Shown one piece after another: positions 62,201 to 64,000 of a stretch of 64,000 bases of DNA (the first letter of the stretch is position 1; every line of letters starts with the position of its first letter). The DNA lies in the NCBI GenBank assembly GCA_905178155.1, contig CAJINV010000002.1:13093295-13157294 (forward strand), written 5' to 3'. Made by a program: the position numbers and the translations under genes. The DNA comes from Amoebophrya sp. A120. Lineage: Eukaryota > Protista > Dinoflagellata. The notes under the pieces are model-generated. The model made no database searches and was not told the DNA's origin. It saw nothing but the letters and a program-made list of their open reading frames with translations.

Positions 62201-64000
62201 TCAGCATTTGCATTGTACTCCCACAGTGATCGCGCGCTTGCTAAAAAGGTCTCGTGCATGACACAATTCCGCCTGCCTACTTGAGATTATCATACACTTA
62301 GCATCTTTCCGCTGCAATTCACAAGGACGTGTTTGCAGCCCATACTCATTCGCGCGGAACGAGGCGAGCAGGTACAGCGAGGAAGAACAGCGAGTGATGG
62401 TTGACCAGCTGAACCACTGGAAGAAGGAAGTGTACGAAACTTTTGCTGGATGGAGGGAGTTGCAGCATGCACTGAAAACAAGTGACATGCACCTCGTAGG
62501 TGTGGCGGACTGGAACCACTTCCGGAGTTTTGTGCTGCAGTAAACGCCAGTCAGTAGAAATGGCGCTAGCATCTAGCCGACTTTTGCTTCTTGCGCAGCT
62601 CATGTGCTCAGCCAGGTGCGTGAAGAAAGCGTAGTCATGGTGATGAAGAGGCTTAAAATAACGATACTGGAATTTTTTGAAAAGCTACGTATCGGGGTCG
62701 TGCATTTTTTTGATGCTCATTTATTCTTTAGCTGCACAGAACTGCCTCCCTCCAGTCGGTTTTTTGTGTAGCTTGTCGTATGAAGGTCGCTCCAGAAGAC
62801 TGCGCTAGGGGGCTGCGTCTTTTTTATGAGTACCGCGCTAGGACCGGAATTCCACTGAAACTGGGCTGTGCACAAGCATCTCTCGAACTCCTAGACGGAG
62901 AGTGAAGTGGTTATCAGATCCGGGGCTTTAGAAATTTGGTTTTTTGGATAGTTTTTCTGTAAAGAAGAAAACGATTGAGAAGTCCGGAGAACTACTTACC
63001 TTTATTGTACAATTTCCACCATCGTTAATCTACATGAATATAAAGATCCACTTTGCTAGAAAGAAAACACAACCGGCCGACTTTCGTATAAAGTACAAAC
63101 TACTTCTGATGGAGTTTTTTCGGCTTTATGAGCTTGGCCGAGCGATTGGAGCACACACTTCGGCATTTAGTTTCAGATACATGCATTATAGAATCATACA
63201 AGAATAAGTAGGCGCCTTTCCCACTTATTTGCCATGACTTTATCGACAGCGTTGACATCGATAATCAAAATCATGACGGCGCCAGTTTCAGGCGTGTTTG
63301 CAGGCATGGGAAGCAGCTTTCAAATCTGTTTCTGAGGATAGGTAGGAGGCACGTCGGTGTCGCCTCTACCTTTTTTATGTTTCCGTGGTAACGCTTGATC
63401 TAATTGCATTCACAGAAAGACAAGAACTTGCACAGAGACTCTCCCTACGCGGACACTGCTGACCGCCACTGTGTTACATGAGGCAGTCAAGACTGAAAAT
63501 TGAAATTCATCGCTTTCGCGCTCGCTCACTCGTGTTCGCGCTCGTTCACTACCGAAGAACACCCTTTAAACACGAACAGGAAGGGCCTTACCAGGGAGGA
63601 CCTATTCCAGCCTTTGTTCAGGGAAGTCGAACGCAGGCGAGATGAAGATCCAGAAGAAGATAAGGACAAAGTCCGAGTCTTTCCGAAAAGCGACGGCGCG
63701 GCGCGTGTTTTGCGGTTCGGCCGTCTTTTTTTGACAGGCGACCTGCAGACGTATACGCGCCAGGAATGGGCGCGGGGCTTCGAGGATGATTGCAGCCATG
63801 CCATAAACCTCATCGAGTGGCCGCTGCAGCTCTGTCGAGTGACGCGGGCAAGTGGAGAACGTGCCAGCCTGCGTCTGGTTGTTCCGGTAATTCCGGTAGA
63901 GCATGCAGAAACTCCCCGCGTCATACGTAATGTGAAGCGGCTGCAGTTGCTCGCCGAACAACACTGCGAGCGGTTAGAGATATGCCGTAGCCCCCCCCCC
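26286..64000 (+). CDS. RNF213: Giant RNF213/mysterin-like AAA+ ATPase / RZ-finger E3 ligase; ~24 exons, ~9,800 aa within the window, open at the 3' edge
   Basis: RNF213 signature motifs appear in the expected order: SEDAGGGKS, LHLDI..LLFKLVVL, PVFISGETGIGKT, LLFFDEANT, ACNPYR, MRDLVYRV, FEFGSL, VSLRDVER, NEALLENV..RIPVFIVGKPGSSKSL, QCSPHST, VVVLDEVGLAEES..LPLKALHPLLE, GLSNWNLDPAKMNR, YGLRDFYSFVKM, VRRNFGG, IVFGSSFPED, YDALNQYY..GQKYVNLGLG, PLLNRMEK, then an RZ finger. Linkage of the 5' and 3' exons rests on in-frame intron joins. Confidence 0.9.
26448..26491 (+). other. 44-nt canonical GT-AG intron
   Basis: CGC|GTATGC..AATGCAG|ATT ACT TAT joins KTWVR/ITYGIT. Confidence 0.75.
27288..27754 (+). 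mobile_element. GT-AG intron carrying a terminal IR
   Basis: TGCTTGCCAGCACTACAC / GTGTCATGCTGGCCCAAGCA. G|GT..AG|CA restores the frame (TAASAEAV). Confidence 0.75.
27949..28346 (+). other. GT-AG intron with a short IR (GGTAG/CTACC)
   Basis: ACG|GTAGTAC..CTACCAAAG|CCC TTG gives NET/PLTKLQ. Confidence 0.65.
28674..28742 (+). repeat. Coding (GAC/GAA)n acidic tract DEDDDEDDDE..
   Basis: The 12-bp unit GACGAAGACGAC is repeated. Confidence 0.95.
32973..33172 (+). mobile_element. IR-bounded non-canonical intron with an internal 23-bp tandem duplication
   Basis: GAAAAAGAGCCTCACCTCCTACAC / GTGTTATGGAGGGGGCATCTTTTC. CCCAAAGGAAAGCGGCCGCGGAC occurs twice at 32989-33034. Join reads YAKKK/GASFHY. Confidence 0.7.
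34025..34683 (+). mobile_element. MITE-like introner with a ~21-nt TIR and a perfect 8-bp direct repeat
   Basis: DR TCCGTCCT at 34017-34024 and 34676-34683. TIR CTACAGAAAAAGCACACCCATA / TATGGGTGTGCTTTTCCGTAG. Removing the element plus one DR gives GFRP/ENHGD in frame. Confidence 0.88.
36025..36388 (+). mobile_element. Non-canonical intron, DR GCT, IR TATCACA/TGTGATA
   Basis: Join MVERL/ADEQ. In-frame registers are GC..CA, CT..AG, TG..GC or GT..CT; none is GT..AG. Confidence 0.75.
36527..36790 (+). mobile_element. GG..AG intron, DR GGAA, IR CTATCgAA/TTTGATAG
   Basis: Join YLHAG/NKDHPG in frame. Confidence 0.65.
37391..37839 (+). other. Intron with uncertain ends (GT-AG 37391-37839, or a shorter IR-bounded ~37400-37740)
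   Basis: GAG|GTGCGG..GGTGAG|ATG is in phase, but 37741-37839 is also open and protein-like (NDDLWDLWKPKSHF..). Confidence 0.5.
39507..39860 (+). mobile_element. Non-canonical introner, DR ATCC, long IR
   Basis: GTAAAAACGTCCCCACCCAG / CTGGGGTGGGGACGTTGTTAC. It splits the conserved LVYRV..PPSL / ..IFEFGSL motif and offers no in-phase GT-AG. Confidence 0.85.
40592..40869 (+). mobile_element. Non-canonical introner, DR TGACA, IR TGCAAATATGTCTG/CAGACGTATTTGCA
   Basis: 13 of 14 complementary, and the mismatch is a U-G wobble. Join EAAD/NSSFRLI in frame. Confidence 0.8.
41663..41921 (+). other. Intron with a weak IR; boundaries approximate
   Basis: Stop-containing AT-richer gap between same-frame ORFs 40911 and 41919; TTCAAATATGTCTGATT / AATCAAAAATGTTATGGA. 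Confidence 0.45.
42597..43050 (+). mobile_element. Non-canonical IR-bounded intron inside the second active AAA module
   Basis: TTACGCGCGCAACAAATGTGGC / GCCACGCATTTTGCACCTCTAA. Join DFGR(L)/MRTAFQTNQCSPHST. Confidence 0.7.
48199..48551 (+). mobile_element. Non-canonical introner
   Basis: CCATGCTCACCCTCGCC / GGTGAGGGCAGCATGG. Join LIMLG/RFLNRIL. Confidence 0.78.
49212..49657 (+). other. Probable GG..AG intron with a weak IR
   Basis: TGG|GGATATAG..TATATACAG|GTC TAC gives HSGW/VYCASS. Confidence 0.55.
50609..50959 (+). mobile_element. GG..AG introner, DR CAG, long IR
   Basis: GTATCATGAGTAAAAGCCCCCCGCC / GGCGGGGGAGGTTTTTTTAGTGTGATAC. Join SWAQ/CEITFPP. Using the GT one base later leads to a stop. 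Confidence 0.8.
51072..51471 (+). mobile_element. Non-canonical intron, DR TGATC
   Basis: GATCACAAGTCTCAT / ATGTACTGGATC. Join RHLVD/LTSLLFS in frame. Confidence 0.7.
51831..51941 (+). other. RZ (RNF213-ZNFX1) zinc finger, variant
   Basis: VRHRACRRFIHVGACGGLGNDDGRLCTVCGGRIGGGH matches the RZ pattern VGxCG..CxxCxxxIGGxxH. Confidence 0.8.
55023..55257 (+). mobile_element. Non-canonical IR-bounded intron
   Basis: ATATTCA..GCGA / TCGCCTGATAT. Join PGWE/GLHTEEYECILQIW. Confidence 0.6.
55938..56287 (+). mobile_element. Non-canonical introner with a long IR
   Basis: ACCCCCCAT..ATACTCAAAAGAATTTGC / GCAAATTTTTCTATAAGTA..ATGGGGCGGGT. Join ASNR/FFFRLIH. Confidence 0.75.
58640..58800 (+). repeat. Coding duplication AESETDSVPPQRxAVxRMxAS, twice
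   Basis: TCGGAGACCGACTCCGTTCCTCCGCAGCGC occurs twice. Confidence 0.9.
59945..60217 (+). mobile_element. Non-canonical introner (AT..AG register), DR AGA
   Basis: AAAACGTCTCTACCCCAT / ATGGGGTGGAGACGTTTT, 17 of 18 complementary with a U-G mismatch, extended by TATCCT/AGGATA. Join DPQSQ/TGDEIQWYWLD. Confidence 0.8.
60270..60480 (+). mobile_element. Non-canonical introner, DR GGAA
   Basis: GCAAAGTGT / ACACTTGC plus GTGGCTAGTTGT / ATAACTCCAC. Join DSYGG/MNSLLAL. Confidence 0.72.
61039..61390 (+). mobile_element. Non-canonical introner with a perfect 13-nt IR
   Basis: ATCACAAAGAAAA / TTTTCTTTGTGAT. Join EEWA(Y/D)AEGAAEKL. Confidence 0.82.
62259..62337 (+). mobile_element. 79-nt non-canonical intron with palindromic DR TGCA
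   Basis: TGCATGACAC / GTGTTTGCA. Join KVSC/SPYSFARNE. The nearby GT..AG pair (62249-62338) leads to a stop. Confidence 0.68.
62539..63550 (+). other. ~1-kb intron, boundaries approximate
   Basis: AGTAAACG / CGTTCACT. The downstream frame (TEEHPLNTNRKGLTREDLFQ..) is open to the window end. Confidence 0.5.

Noticed and set aside
26286-64000. Reading the successive large + strand ORFs as a prokaryotic operon or defence island
   Set aside because: The ORFs join in frame across introns and split single RNF213 motifs; canonical GT-AG introns occur in the window.
63991-64000. Terminal poly-C run
   Set aside because: Truncated by the window edge and not interpretable.

Overview
Intron-rich eukaryotic DNA of roughly 50-55% GC, with every supportable gene on the + strand. 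The co-oriented genes, DUF4116 repeats and inverted-repeat-bounded non-canonical introns suggest an Amoebophrya-like syndinian dinoflagellate (inference). In order, the window holds: (1) a DUF4116-repeat gene (to 3456); (2) an unknown two-exon gene (5872-~7250); (3) a multi-exon Mps1/TTK-like Ser/Thr kinase that appears to splice through a micro-exon into a transmembrane helix, His/Asp-rich ~60-aa tandem repeats, a Gln-rich tract and a coiled coil (~8093-16096); (4) decaying coiled-coil fragments and a diverged partial duplicate of the kinase 3' end and flank (18.3-25.7 kb); (5) a giant RNF213/mysterin-like AAA+ ATPase/RZ-finger E3 gene from 26286 past the window end (~24 exons, ~9,800 aa by my hand reconstruction, no visible RING). 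The most striking signal is the introns. Most lack GT-AG and are bounded by a private inverted repeat, often with a 2-8 nt direct repeat whose removal restores the frame. Several 39-144 nt in-frame hairpin versions seem hidden inside long ORFs. Two isolated in-frame stops in the RNF213-like gene are either inside such micro-introns or are TAA/TAG read as Gln. All exon boundaries were derived by eye and need RNA-seq.
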